From positions 256,001 through 320,000 of the forward strand of contig JAULAX010000018.1 in the NCBI GenBank assembly GCA_032654565.1: a stretch of DNA of 64,000 bases. The letters run 5' to 3'. Position 1 is the stretch's first letter; each line of letters begins with the position of its first letter. The position numbers and the translations under genes were made by a program. The notes below the pieces were generated by a model. The model did no database searches. It was not told where the DNA came from and saw nothing but the letters and a program-made list of their open reading frames with translations. This document shows, piece by piece, positions 48,754 to 57,777 of this stretch. This DNA comes from Anaeromyxobacteraceae bacterium. GTDB lineage: Bacteria; Myxococcota; Myxococcia; Myxococcales; Anaeromyxobacteraceae.

Positions 48754-49779
48754 ATGGAACATCGCACGCTGGGCCGGAGCGGCCTCCAGGTCTCGGTCCT
48801 CTCCCTCGGGGCCATGACCTTCGGCGAGGGGGCGGGTGGCTTCATGAAGGGGGTCACCTCGGACGACGCCGAGGGGCGCCGGGTCTTCGACGCCGCGCTC
48901 GACGCCGGCATCGACACCGTCGACACCGCCAACCTCTACTCGGAGGGGCGCTCCGAGGAGCTGCTGGGCCAGTGGCTGAAGGGCAAGCGCCACCAGGTGG
49001 TGCTGGCCACCAAGTGCCGCTTCCCCACCGCCGGGGCGCTCGAGTCCTGCGGCCCCAACCTGGCCGGGCTCTCCCGCCAGTCGATCCTGCGCAACTGCGA
49101 GGACTCGCTGCGGCGGCTCCAGGTCGACCACCTGGACCTCTACCAGGTCCACATGCAGGACCGGGCGGTGCCCATCGAGGAGACGCTCTCGGCGCTCGAC
49201 GACCTGGTCCGGCAGGGGAAGGTCCGCTACACCGGCTGCTCCAACTACACCGGGTACCGGCTGGCCGAGTCGCTCTGGAAGGCCGAGACCCATGGCCTGG
49301 AGCGGTTCTCCTCCCTGCAGCTGCAGTGGTCGCTGGCGGTCCGCGACGCCGAGCGCGAGCTGGTGCCGGCGGCGCGCGCCTTCGGCCTCGGCCTGATGGC
49401 CTGGAGCCCGCTGGCCCGCGGCTTCCTCTCCGGCAAGTACCGGCGCGACCAGCCGCCGCCGCCCGGGGCCCGGCTGGCCGAGTGGAAGGACACCTGGAGG
49501 CGGATGGACCAGCCGCGCAGCTGGGCGGTGCTGGAGGTGGTGCAGGCGGTGGCCCAGGCCCGCGGTACCACCGCCTCGGCGGTGTCGCTGGCCTGGCTGC
49601 TGCGCCACGCCGAGCTCTCCACGGTGATCGTCGGGGCCCGGACGGTGGCGCAGCTGGAGGAGAACCTGGCGGCGCTGGACCTGGCGCTCACGCCCGCCGA
49701 GGTGGCGGCGCTCGACGCCGCCAGCGCCCCGGACTGGGGCTACCCGTACGACTTCATCGGCGTCCGGGAGCCCTGGTAG
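48754..49779 (+). CDS. Aldo/keto reductase
   Basis: LGRSGLQVS.LSLGAMTFG, DTANLY, LATK, SLRRLQVDHLDLYQVH, WSPLARGFLSGKY. Confidence 0.95.
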   Translation: MEHRTLGRSGLQVSVLSLGAMTFGEGAGGFMKGVTSDDAEGRRVFDAALDAGIDTVDTANLYSEGRSEELLGQWLKGKRHQVVLATKCRFPTAGALESCGPNLAGLSRQSILRNCEDSLRRLQVDHLDLYQVHMQDRAVPIEETLSALDDLVRQGKVRYTGCSNYTGYRLAESLWKAETHGLERFSSLQLQWSLAVRDAERELVPAARAFGLGLMAWSPLARGFLSGKYRRDQPPPPGARLAEWKDTWRRMDQPRSWAVLEVVQAVAQARGTTASAVSLAWLLRHAELSTVIVGARTVAQLEENLAALDLALTPAEVAALDAASAPDWGYPYDFIGVREPW

Positions 49780-49793
49780 GCGACCCGCCCCGG

Positions 49794-49982
49794 GCCCGCG
49801 CCGAGGCCACCCTGGTCAACGCCCGGCTGCGGGGCGAGCGCCACGCCGACCTGGTCAAGGACAGCGCCGCGCGCCAGCAGCTCATCCAGACCCGGCTGGC
49901 GCGCCTCACCAACCTCGTCGACCTCTACAGGGCGCTCGGGGGTGGCTGGAGGGAGCGGACGGCGACGGCACCGGGCGGATAG
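49794..49982 (+). pseudogene. Remnant of an RND efflux operon (adaptor-like fragment joined to an OprM/NodT C-terminus)
   Basis: Start-less frame ARAEATLVNARLRGERHADLVKD-SAARQQLIQTRLARLTNLVDLYRALGGGW...stop; LYRALGGGW is the OprM/NodT C-terminal signature. Confidence 0.75.
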
Positions 49983-50006
49983 GGGACAGGCCGCCCGCGG
50001 GGAGAT

Positions 50007-50540
50007 TCAGACCAGGAAGAAGAGGAAGAAGCCGTTGGCCATGTAGACCAGCCCGGCGGCGCCGCAGACCAGCCCGGCCCACCACATGGCCGGCCGCTTG
50101 ATGAGGGCCGAGACCGCCGAGAGGGTGATGGCGATCTGGAGCAGCATCACCGCCTGGCCGAAGGCGGCGCCGTGGCGCTTGTTCTTCTCCTCCTCGCGCT
50201 TCAGCGCCTCCGCCTCCTCCTTGATCTTGGTCTTCTCCTCCTCGTACCGCCTGGCCTCGCCGGCGGAGCGGTCCCGGGCCGCCTCGGCGGTCCGCTTCCC
50301 CTCCGGGGTGCGCGCCTCCAGCGCCGCCACCTCCATCTGGGCCCGCTCCAGCACCGCCAGGTTCTGCTTCAGGCTCTTGGCCTGGTAGAAGGCCCACTTG
50401 TTGGCCTCGTCGGTGGTGGCCAGCTGCACCTTGGTGGAGTAGCCGCCCCCCTTGAGGGAGCTGATGGCCGCGCAGACCGCCAGGATGGTGGTGGTCAGCG
50501 CCACCCACTGCGTCCACGAATCCTTCCTCTCTTCGGCCAC
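50007..50540 (-). CDS. DUF4337-like membrane protein
   Basis: VALTTTILAVCAAISSL, ANKWAFYQAKSLKQ, LLQIAITLSAVSAL; GGAGG RBS before GTG. Confidence 0.82.
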   Translation of the reverse strand: MAEERKDSWTQWVALTTTILAVCAAISSLKGGGYSTKVQLATTDEANKWAFYQAKSLKQNLAVLERAQMEVAALEARTPEGKRTAEAARDRSAGEARRYEEEKTKIKEEAEALKREEEKNKRHGAAFGQAVMLLQIAITLSAVSALIKRPAMWWAGLVCGAAGLVYMANGFFLFFLV

Positions 50541-50698
50541 CGTGCCACCTCCGTCGGGCGCCCCCGGAGCGGGGCGGGCGCGGATTCTTTTCGGGACCGG
50601 GGTCGGCGTCAAGGGGGCTGGACCGGGCCGCGGGAAAGGAGCGCGTGACCCGCGCCCCGGCCAAGGCTAGGAAGGAGCCCCACCGCCCCGGAGCACAC

Positions 50699-52744
50699 AT
50701 GGTCCGCCTGCCCGCCGCCCTCCTCGCGCTCGCCCTCGCCGCCCCGTCTTCCGCGCCGTCACCGGCGGTTCCGGCGGCGCCCGCACCCGCCGCCGCCCTG
50801 GCACCGGCATCGGCACCGGGCTACTCCGGCCACGGCGCCGGCTCGGTGGCCCCCGAGCTGCTCTCGAAGTTCGCCCCCCGTCCCGTCGACGCCGGCCTCT
50901 CCCGCACCATCCAGGCCATGCTCGACGTCCGCGCTCCGGGTGGCGGGCAGCTCTCCGACGACGGCCGCCGCCTCTACTTCTCCTGGCGGGTCACCGGCAC
51001 CAACCAGCTCTGGCGGCTCGACGGCCCGGACCGCTTCCCGGTCCAGCTCACCGGCGGCGAGGACGCCACCTCGCTCTTCGCCATCACCCCGGACGGCAAG
51101 ACGCTCATCGTGCAGCGCGACCGGAAAGGGGAGGAGAACCCCGGGCTCTACCTTCTGCCGGCCGAAGGCGGTCCGCTGGTCCAGCTCCAGCACCAGGCCG
51201 GCGTGCAGACCACCGCCCAGTGGCTGGCCCGCGACGGCCACACCCTCTACTTCCGCGCCAACGACCGCAGGCCGGACGCCTACGCCATCTACCGCTTCGA
51301 TCTCGCCACCGGCACGCGGGAGCTGGTGCTCGACCAGCCCGGCCTCTGGTCGGTCCACGATGAGCGGGGTGGGAAGCTGCTGCTCGCCAAGGCCACCGGC
51401 GCCATGACCTCGGAGTGGTTCGAGTGGGACGTGGCCGGCAAGACCCTGGCGCCGCTGCTGGGGCAGGGGGAGGCCGAGGAGTACGAGGTGGCCTACGCGG
51501 CCCAGCCGGGGGAGCTGCTGGTGCAGACCAACAAGCTCGGTGACCTGTCGCGGCTCTACCGCTGGAAGGCGGGCGTCTTCACGCCGGTGACGCCGGAGCT
51601 GAAGTGGGACGTCTCCGGGTTCGGCCTCGACCAGGCCCGCGCCCGCCTCCTCTACCAGGTCAACCAGGCCGGCTCGACGCGCCTCTTCGCGCTCGACGCC
51701 CGCACCTACCGGCCGGTGGCGCTGCCGAAGCTGCCGGCCGCCGACCACGTCCTCGGCGGCGCCAGCACCCGCGACGGCCGCTACACGGTCCTCTCCATCG
51801 ACCCGGGCGACGCACCGGCCACCAGCTGGGTCCACGACTGGAAGACCGGCGCGCTCAGGCGCTGGGTGGTGCCGAGCGCCCCGGAGGTGGACACCCGCAG
51901 GTTCGCGCGGGCCTCGCTGGAGAGCTACCCGGCGCGGGACGGCACGCCCATCCCGGCCCTGGTCCGCCGCCCGGCCCGCTGCGCCCCGGCCCCGTGCCCG
52001 GTGCTGGTCCAGTTCCACGGCGGCCCGGAGGGGCAGGTGAAGCCCGGCTTCAGCCCCTCCGCCCAGCTCTACGTCGACGCCGGCTTCGTGCTGGTGCAGC
52101 CCAACGTGCGCGGCTCGCTCGGCTACGGGAAGCGCTGGGTGCGAGCCGACGACGGGCCGAAGCGGCTCGCCGTCATCACCGACATCGAGGACGCGGCCCG
52201 CTGGGCGCGCACGGCCTTCGCCGCCGGCGGCGTCGAGCCCAGGGTCGGCATCATGGGTGGCTCCTACGGCGGCTACGCCACGCTCATCGGCATGACCATG
52301 TTCGCCGGGAGCTACGACGCCGGCGCCTCCAACGTCGGCATCTCCAACCTGGTCACCTTCCTGGAGAACACCGCCCCCTATCGGCGAATCCTGCGGGCCA
52401 CCGAGTACGGCGACCTGGAGAAGGACCGCGCGGCGCTGGTGAAGCTCTCGCCGTCCAGCTACGTCGATCGGGTCAGGGGGCCGCTGTTGATCATCCAGGG
52501 GGCGAGCGACCCGCGGGTGCCGGCCGGCGAGGCGGTGCAGATCTTCGACGCCCTCACCGCCCGGGGGGTGCCGGCGGAGCTGCTCATCTTCGCCGACGAG
52601 GGGCACGGCGCGCAGAAGCGCGAGAACGTGGTGCAGACCCTGGGGCGGCAGCTGGAGTTCTTCTCGAGGACGCTGAAGGCGCCGGCCGCGCCACCGCCGA
52701 CCCCCGGGCCAGCCGCGCCGCCTCCGCCGACCACGCCCCGCTGA
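50699..52744 (+). CDS. S9 family peptidase (prolyl oligopeptidase / acylaminoacyl-peptidase type), exported
   Basis: Signal peptide, beta-propeller repeats, HGGPE, PNVRGS.GYG, GGSYGG (Ser), DPRV (Asp), EGHG (His). Confidence 0.94.
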   Translation: MVRLPAALLALALAAPSSAPSPAVPAAPAPAAALAPASAPGYSGHGAGSVAPELLSKFAPRPVDAGLSRTIQAMLDVRAPGGGQLSDDGRRLYFSWRVTGTNQLWRLDGPDRFPVQLTGGEDATSLFAITPDGKTLIVQRDRKGEENPGLYLLPAEGGPLVQLQHQAGVQTTAQWLARDGHTLYFRANDRRPDAYAIYRFDLATGTRELVLDQPGLWSVHDERGGKLLLAKATGAMTSEWFEWDVAGKTLAPLLGQGEAEEYEVAYAAQPGELLVQTNKLGDLSRLYRWKAGVFTPVTPELKWDVSGFGLDQARARLLYQVNQAGSTRLFALDARTYRPVALPKLPAADHVLGGASTRDGRYTVLSIDPGDAPATSWVHDWKTGALRRWVVPSAPEVDTRRFARASLESYPARDGTPIPALVRRPARCAPAPCPVLVQFHGGPEGQVKPGFSPSAQLYVDAGFVLVQPNVRGSLGYGKRWVRADDGPKRLAVITDIEDAARWARTAFAAGGVEPRVGIMGGSYGGYATLIGMTMFAGSYDAGASNVGISNLVTFLENTAPYRRILRATEYGDLEKDRAALVKLSPSSYVDRVRGPLLIIQGASDPRVPAGEAVQIFDALTARGVPAELLIFADEGHGAQKRENVVQTLGRQLEFFSRTLKAPAAPPPTPGPAAPPPPTTPR

Positions 52745-53852
52745 GCCGGGCGCCGAGCGCCAGCCCCTCCAGCCAGCCGGGGCCGTCGGGGATGGCCCGC
52801 GAGGCCTCGGCGCGCAGCCTCGCCTCCAGCGCCAGCCCCTCGGCCAGGGCGCGGGCCTCACCGTCGTCGAGGGCGCAGCTGGCCAGGAACGCCTGGCGCC
52901 TGGCGGCCGGCACGCCCAGCGCCTCCAGCCAGCGCCCCTCGGCGCCGGCCACCTCGTCGTCGGTGGCGGCGAGCCCCAGGGCCCGCGCCTGGGCGGCGAG
53001 GAGCAGGCGCATCAGGCCATCGGCGGCGAGGCGGCCGGCGTCGGGGCGTCCGGCCAGCGCCGCCAGCACCTCGCGCCCCGCCACCTCGGCGTCACCCACC
53101 CTGGCCCGGGCGGCGTCGAGCGCCAGCCGGCGCGCCTGGGTGGGCGGAGGCGGGCGCGCCGGGCGTGGCGGGGGCGGCGCCCCGGCCCGCCGGGCCCGGG
53201 CGTAGTCGAGCGCGGCGCACAGCGTGGCCCGGGCGTCCTCGGCCTTCTGCGACGGCGCCGCGGGGAGGAAGCGGCGCAGCGCCGCCGCGGTGGCGGCCGG
53301 CAGCCGGGCCTCGTCGAGCGCCCGCTCCCAGGTCCGCTCCTGGTAGAAGAGGGCGGCGGCGGCGCGTCGAAGGCGCCGACCTTCACGTTCGGTGACGAGC
53401 CCGGCGGCCACCGCCTCCTCGACGGCGCGCCGGACGTCGACCAGCGGCACGGTGAGCGGCCGGTAGCGGTGGGCCGCGGTGGCGTGGAGCAGCGCCACCT
53501 CGTCGTCGCCGGTGAGCCGCCCGTCGCGGTAGTCGGCGAAGATGCGGCCGACGCCGACCACCCCGAAGGCGGCCAGCTCGGCGGCCCGCAGCGCCCCCAT
53601 CGAGCCGCCGCCGAAGACCTGCACGCCGGCCGCCTGCGCCGCCAGCAGCTCGTGGTGCCAGACCGAGGGGACCGAGTCGAAGAGCCCGTCGACCAGGGCG
53701 ATGGCCAGCGGGCGGGCCGCCAGCACGGCGTGGACGTCGCCGGCGCGCGCCGGCGGGTGGAGCGTGACCGGGCCGAGGGCGACGGCCTCGGCGGCGGGGA
53801 GCGAGGGGCCGAGGAAGGCGACCACGTCGCCGGGGCGGAGGCGGGCCCTCAT
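52584..53852 (-). CDS. tfuA: TfuA-like protein with a C-terminal helical extension
   Basis: FLGPSL, PPARAGDV, LVDGLFDSVPSVWHHEL, GGGSMGALRAAEL, GVGRIF, DDEVALLH, QKAEDA. ATG overlaps the ycaO stop. Confidence 0.93.
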   Translation of the reverse strand: MRARLRPGDVVAFLGPSLPAAEAVALGPVTLHPPARAGDVHAVLAARPLAIALVDGLFDSVPSVWHHELLAAQAAGVQVFGGGSMGALRAAELAAFGVVGVGRIFADYRDGRLTGDDEVALLHATAAHRYRPLTVPLVDVRRAVEEAVAAGLVTEREGRRLRRAAAALFYQERTWERALDEARLPAATAAALRRFLPAAPSQKAEDARATLCAALDYARARRAGAPPPPRPARPPPPTQARRLALDAARARVGDAEVAGREVLAALAGRPDAGRLAADGLMRLLLAAQARALGLAATDDEVAGAEGRWLEALGVPAARRQAFLASCALDDGEARALAEGLALEARLRAEASRAIPDGPGWLEGLALGARLSGAWSAEAARLARGSAVARPAPSASSRRTPAAAPGSAPRSRASARRAPRRRR

Positions 53853-54946
53853 CCCAGAAGCTCCGAGCGGCGCAGCCCGGGGGCCAGCACCTTGACCACC
53901 GAGAGGCCGGGCGGGCCGTCGAGGTCGGCGGCCAGCGGGGAGACGCCGGCGGTGCCGAGCCGCCGCAGCAGCAGCGCCAGCTGGGCGGCGGCCGGGCGGG
54001 GCGGGTGGCTGGGCAGGTCGGCGGCGCCGCGGGTGGGGCGGGCGGCGTCGCACCAGCGCAGCAGGGGGGCGGCCGCCTCCCGCTCGGCGTGGAGGGCGTC
54101 CTCGCGGGCCCCGTGGATCTCGGTGAGGCGGGACTGGGCCGCCTCCAGCAGCGCCGCCAGCAGCGCCTCGTCGCGGGAGAGCCGGCAGGCATAGCCGGCC
54201 GCCAGCGGCACCGATCCCCCCTCCCGGTCGCCGAGCAGCGCCGCGGCGGTGGGGAGGCCGAGCGGGCCGGAGACGTCGAGCAGGTGGACGGCGAAGCCGC
54301 GGGCCTGGAGCGCGGCCTGCCAGGCGGCGGTCCGCGGCGCGGCGCGGTGGAGCGTGGCCGGGTCGAGGAGCCGGGCCTTCACCGCCGCCGGGGTGAAGCC
54401 GCGCGGCAGCGCCCGGGCCAGCTGGTCCCGCTCGCAGAGCTCCAGCAGCGCGTGGAGGAGCGCGGCGTCGCGGTCGGGGTGGGCGGCCAGGCCGGACGAG
54501 GTCCAGGGCACCACCGCCAGCCCGAGCGGCTCGGCGCCGGGGGGCGGGCAGTGGACGGCGTGGGCCGGGACCAGCCGGGCGGCGCCGCTGGCCAGCTCGA
54601 CCGCCTCGCGCCAGGCGAGCCGCAGGGTGCGCCAGCCGGGGGCGGCCCGGTCCGGGGCCAGCGTGGCCGGATCGAGGGCGGCGTCGCCGAACCGGGCGGC
54701 CAGGTCGGCGAAGCTGGCGCGGGCGTCGACGCGGGGGTGCTCGGCGGCGTCGAGCTCGGCCGCCTCGGAGAGGGCGCCGCGGGCCGCCTCCTCCCAGCGC
54801 TCCCCCTTGCCGGCCGAGACCTGCAGGACGTGGCCGCCGGGGCGGACGGCCGCCGCCACCTCGACGCCGGCCCGGTCGAGCCCGGTGATCCGGGCCACGC
54901 GGGTGACGCCCAGGGACCGCGCCAGCCGCGCCAGCCCGCCGCTCAT
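53849..54946 (-). CDS. ycaO: YcaO-like protein (TfuA-associated thioamide-forming clade)
   Basis: GVTRVARITGLDRAGV, VSAGKG, HALLELCERD, LEAAQSRLTEIHGARED, VVKVLAPGL. ATG overlaps the S9 peptidase stop. Confidence 0.93.
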   Translation of the reverse strand: MSGGLARLARSLGVTRVARITGLDRAGVEVAAAVRPGGHVLQVSAGKGERWEEAARGALSEAAELDAAEHPRVDARASFADLAARFGDAALDPATLAPDRAAPGWRTLRLAWREAVELASGAARLVPAHAVHCPPPGAEPLGLAVVPWTSSGLAAHPDRDAALLHALLELCERDQLARALPRGFTPAAVKARLLDPATLHRAAPRTAAWQAALQARGFAVHLLDVSGPLGLPTAAALLGDREGGSVPLAAGYACRLSRDEALLAALLEAAQSRLTEIHGAREDALHAEREAAAPLLRWCDAARPTRGAADLPSHPPRPAAAQLALLLRRLGTAGVSPLAADLDGPPGLSVVKVLAPGLRRSELLG

Positions 54947-57138
54947 CGGGCCAGGTTCTCCTTGAGGAAGCCGAGCGCCCGCTCCCAGATCCGCGCCACG
55001 TAGGCCGGGTCGCCGGAGGCGAGCGCCAGGTGGGTGAGGCCGGGCAGCACCAGCAGCTCGTACCGCTTGCCGGCCCGCATCAGGGCGTCGGCCAGCTTGA
55101 GCGAGTTGAAGAAGTAGACGTTGTCGTCGGCGGTGCCGTGGATGATCAGCAGCGGCCGCTCCAGCCGGGGCGCCCAGGTGAGCAGCGAGGAGCGCCGGTA
55201 GGCCTCCGGCTGCTCGGCGGGCAGGCCGAGGTAGCGCTCGGTGTAGGCGGTGTCGTAGTCGGCCCAGTCGACCACCGGCGCCCCGGCCACCGCCGCCTTG
55301 AAGATGGCCGGGTAGCGCATCACCGCCAGGGCCGCGAAGTAGCCGCCGAAGGACCAGCCCTCGACGCCGACCCGGGTGAGGTCGAGCTCGGGGATGACCG
55401 CGCCCAGCGCCTGCAGCGCCGTCACCTGGTCGTCGAGCGCCGGCCCGGCGAAGTCGCCGCGGATGGCCCGCTCCCAGTCGCGCCCGCGCCGCGGCGTGCC
55501 GCGCCCGTCGATGGCGACGTGGATGAACCCCTGGTCGGCGATCCACTGGGCCAGGTGGTCGGGGTGGACCCCCACCACCTGGGCGTGCGGGCCGCCGTAG
55601 ACCGAGAGGTAGACCGGCAGCTTGACGCCGGGGCGGGCCGCCCGCGGCCGGATCACCGCGGCGTAGAAGCCCGGGGCCGGCCCCACCTTGAAGATCTCGG
55701 CCCCGGGTTCGAAGGGCGGCTTCTCGGCCACCGAGGGGAGGTCGGTGAGCCGCCGGCCGTCGACCCGGTAGACCGCGGGGACCGCCGAGGCCGCCGAGGT
55801 GGAGCGCCCCACCAGCAGCACCTCGCCGTTCCTGGAGAGCTGGGCGCTGGTGGAGACCGGGACCACCGGGGCCAGCCACTCCTCGGGCGGGGCCCCGTCC
55901 TTGACCACGTAGAGGCGCGACTGCGTCGGCTCGGGGCCGCCGGTGAACCAGAGCCAGCGCCGCTTCTCGTCGTAGCCGACCAGGCGGGCCAGCCCGGCGC
56001 TCCCCTTCACCCAGGTGGAGGCCACGCTGCCGTCGGCGCGGCGCAGCTCCACCTCCGGCCAGCCGGTCCGCTCGGAGAGCCAGAAGAAGCCCGAGCCGTC
56101 CTCCTTCCAGAGCGGGAAGCCCTGCACCAGGTTGACCCAGGCGGCGTCCTTCTCCTCGACCAGCACCCGGGTGGCGCCGGTGGCGGGGTCGGCGGCCAGC
56201 AGCGCCAGCTCGGTCTGCGCCCGGTTGAGGACCACCAGCGAGAGCGGGCCCCCGTCGGTCCAGCGGACGGCGCCGAGGTAGGGGTAGCGCTCGCGGTCCC
56301 AGCTCACCCAGACCGGCGGGCCGCCGGCGGCCGGCGAGACCGCCAGCTTGACGCTGGCGTTGGCGTGGCCGGCGCGCGGGTAGCGGAAGCTGTCGGCGGG
56401 CTGCTCGGGGTGGAGCGGATCGTGGATGGTGAAGGTCTCGACGGCGCGCTGGTCGGTCTCCTGCCAGGCCACCAGCCTGGAGTCGGGCGACCACCAGTAA
56501 CCGGAGAAGCGGTCCAGCTCCTCCTGGGCGGCGAACTCGGCCAGGCCGTGGGGGACGTCGGCGACGCCGCCGGTGGTGAGCGGCCGCTCCACGTTGGTGG
56601 CGAGATCGAGCAGCCGCACGTCGTGGTCGACCACGTAGGAGAGGGTCCTGCCGTCGGGCGAGAAGCGCGGGTCGAGCGGCCGGCCGCCGGCCTTGAGCGG
56701 GGTGATGGCCCCGGTGGCCCGCTCCAGCAGGTAGAGCCTGCCCCCCACGGTGACCGCCAGCCGCCGGCCGTCCTTGCTGAGCTGGAAGGCGGTGATGCCG
56801 CGGGTGGTGATCCGCTGTCGCTCCAGCTGGGCCCGCTCGGCGGCGGTGAGGGCGGCCGAGCCGCCGTCCAGCAGCCGCTCGGCGCTGGCCAGCTCGCGGG
56901 TCTCGCCGCTCCGCAGGTCGGTGGTGTAGAGCGCCGCCACCGGCGAGCGGGGCGGGGAGCGCAGGAAGATGGCGGCGTCGCCGTCGGGCGTCAGGGCCAC
57001 CCGCGACGGCCGTCCGGCGGAGAAGCGGCGGGTCTCGAGATAGCGCTTCAGGAACGGCTCGGCCTCGGGGGAGGCCGGCGCGGCGGGGCCGGCGACGGCG
57101 GCGGCGGCGAGGAGCAGGGGGAGGAGCGGGCCGATCAT
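54943..57138 (-). CDS. S9B dipeptidyl-peptidase IV family protein, exported
   Basis: Signal peptide, GLAEFAAQEEL, YWWSPD, YPRAG, VYGGPH, GWSFGG (Ser), DDNV (Asp), GLTH (His). Confidence 0.94.
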   Translation of the reverse strand: MIGPLLPLLLAAAAVAGPAAPASPEAEPFLKRYLETRRFSAGRPSRVALTPDGDAAIFLRSPPRSPVAALYTTDLRSGETRELASAERLLDGGSAALTAAERAQLERQRITTRGITAFQLSKDGRRLAVTVGGRLYLLERATGAITPLKAGGRPLDPRFSPDGRTLSYVVDHDVRLLDLATNVERPLTTGGVADVPHGLAEFAAQEELDRFSGYWWSPDSRLVAWQETDQRAVETFTIHDPLHPEQPADSFRYPRAGHANASVKLAVSPAAGGPPVWVSWDRERYPYLGAVRWTDGGPLSLVVLNRAQTELALLAADPATGATRVLVEEKDAAWVNLVQGFPLWKEDGSGFFWLSERTGWPEVELRRADGSVASTWVKGSAGLARLVGYDEKRRWLWFTGGPEPTQSRLYVVKDGAPPEEWLAPVVPVSTSAQLSRNGEVLLVGRSTSAASAVPAVYRVDGRRLTDLPSVAEKPPFEPGAEIFKVGPAPGFYAAVIRPRAARPGVKLPVYLSVYGGPHAQVVGVHPDHLAQWIADQGFIHVAIDGRGTPRRGRDWERAIRGDFAGPALDDQVTALQALGAVIPELDLTRVGVEGWSFGGYFAALAVMRYPAIFKAAVAGAPVVDWADYDTAYTERYLGLPAEQPEAYRRSSLLTWAPRLERPLLIIHGTADDNVYFFNSLKLADALMRAGKRYELLVLPGLTHLALASGDPAYVARIWERALGFLKENLAR

Positions 57139-57746
57139 GGCCGGGGAGTCTCGCACGATCCGGCCAGCCAGCGGGACGCCAGCCGGGAGAAGGCCCGCTC
57201 CCGCAGCGCCGCCTCGCGGAAGCCGTCGCAGCGCGGTCCGGGTGGCGCCTGGGGGCAGGCCAGGCAGGCGGTCCGGTCGGGGCCGCGCCGGCGGTAGGCG
57301 AGCAGGCCGGCGGCGACGATGGCGGCGCTGCTGGCCGCGGTGGCGACGCCGGACCAGTCGCCGGGGTGGGCGGTGGCCGCGGCGCGCAGGCCGGCCACCA
57401 GCAGGGCGGCGGCCAGCGCGGTGGGGGCGGCGCGGGTGAGCCACTTGGTGGCGTGGCGGCCGCGGCGCGGCGCCAGGGCCAGCCCGGCCCCGCCGGCCAG
57501 CACGGCCGGGCCGAGCAGCAGCAGCTCCACCGGCAGCGGGGGCGACCACCAGCCGGCCAGGGCGCCCAGCAGCGCGCCGGCGGCGGCCAGCGTGCAGCCG
57601 CGGCAGAGCCGGGTGCGGCGGCCGAGGCGCACCACCTCGCCGGCGTAGGCGCCGCAGAGCGGGTGGTGGGCGTAGCGGTGGAAGCGGTGGGCGTGGCCCG
57701 CCAGCCGGTCGATGCGGCCGGCCAGGCCCGGCGGGATCCGGCTCAT
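57135..57746 (-). CDS. Hypothetical membrane protein with His/Cys clusters
   Basis: HRFHRYAHHPLC...LCRGC, about 4 hydrophobic helices, CLACP....RC; its stop overlaps the peptidase ATG. Confidence 0.75.
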   Translation of the reverse strand: MSRIPPGLAGRIDRLAGHAHRFHRYAHHPLCGAYAGEVVRLGRRTRLCRGCTLAAAGALLGALAGWWSPPLPVELLLLGPAVLAGGAGLALAPRRGRHATKWLTRAAPTALAAALLVAGLRAAATAHPGDWSGVATAASSAAIVAAGLLAYRRRGPDRTACLACPQAPPGPRCDGFREAALRERAFSRLASRWLAGSCETPRP

Positions 57747-57777
57747 GGGGGCGGGCCCGGCGGCGGCGCGCGCGGGG

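Noticed and set aside
53849..56494. An 881-aa YcaO fusion protein as given in the ORF track
   Set aside because: The upstream 516 codons overlap the DPP-IV gene out of frame and are low-complexity; the real start is the ATGA-coupled ATG at 54946.
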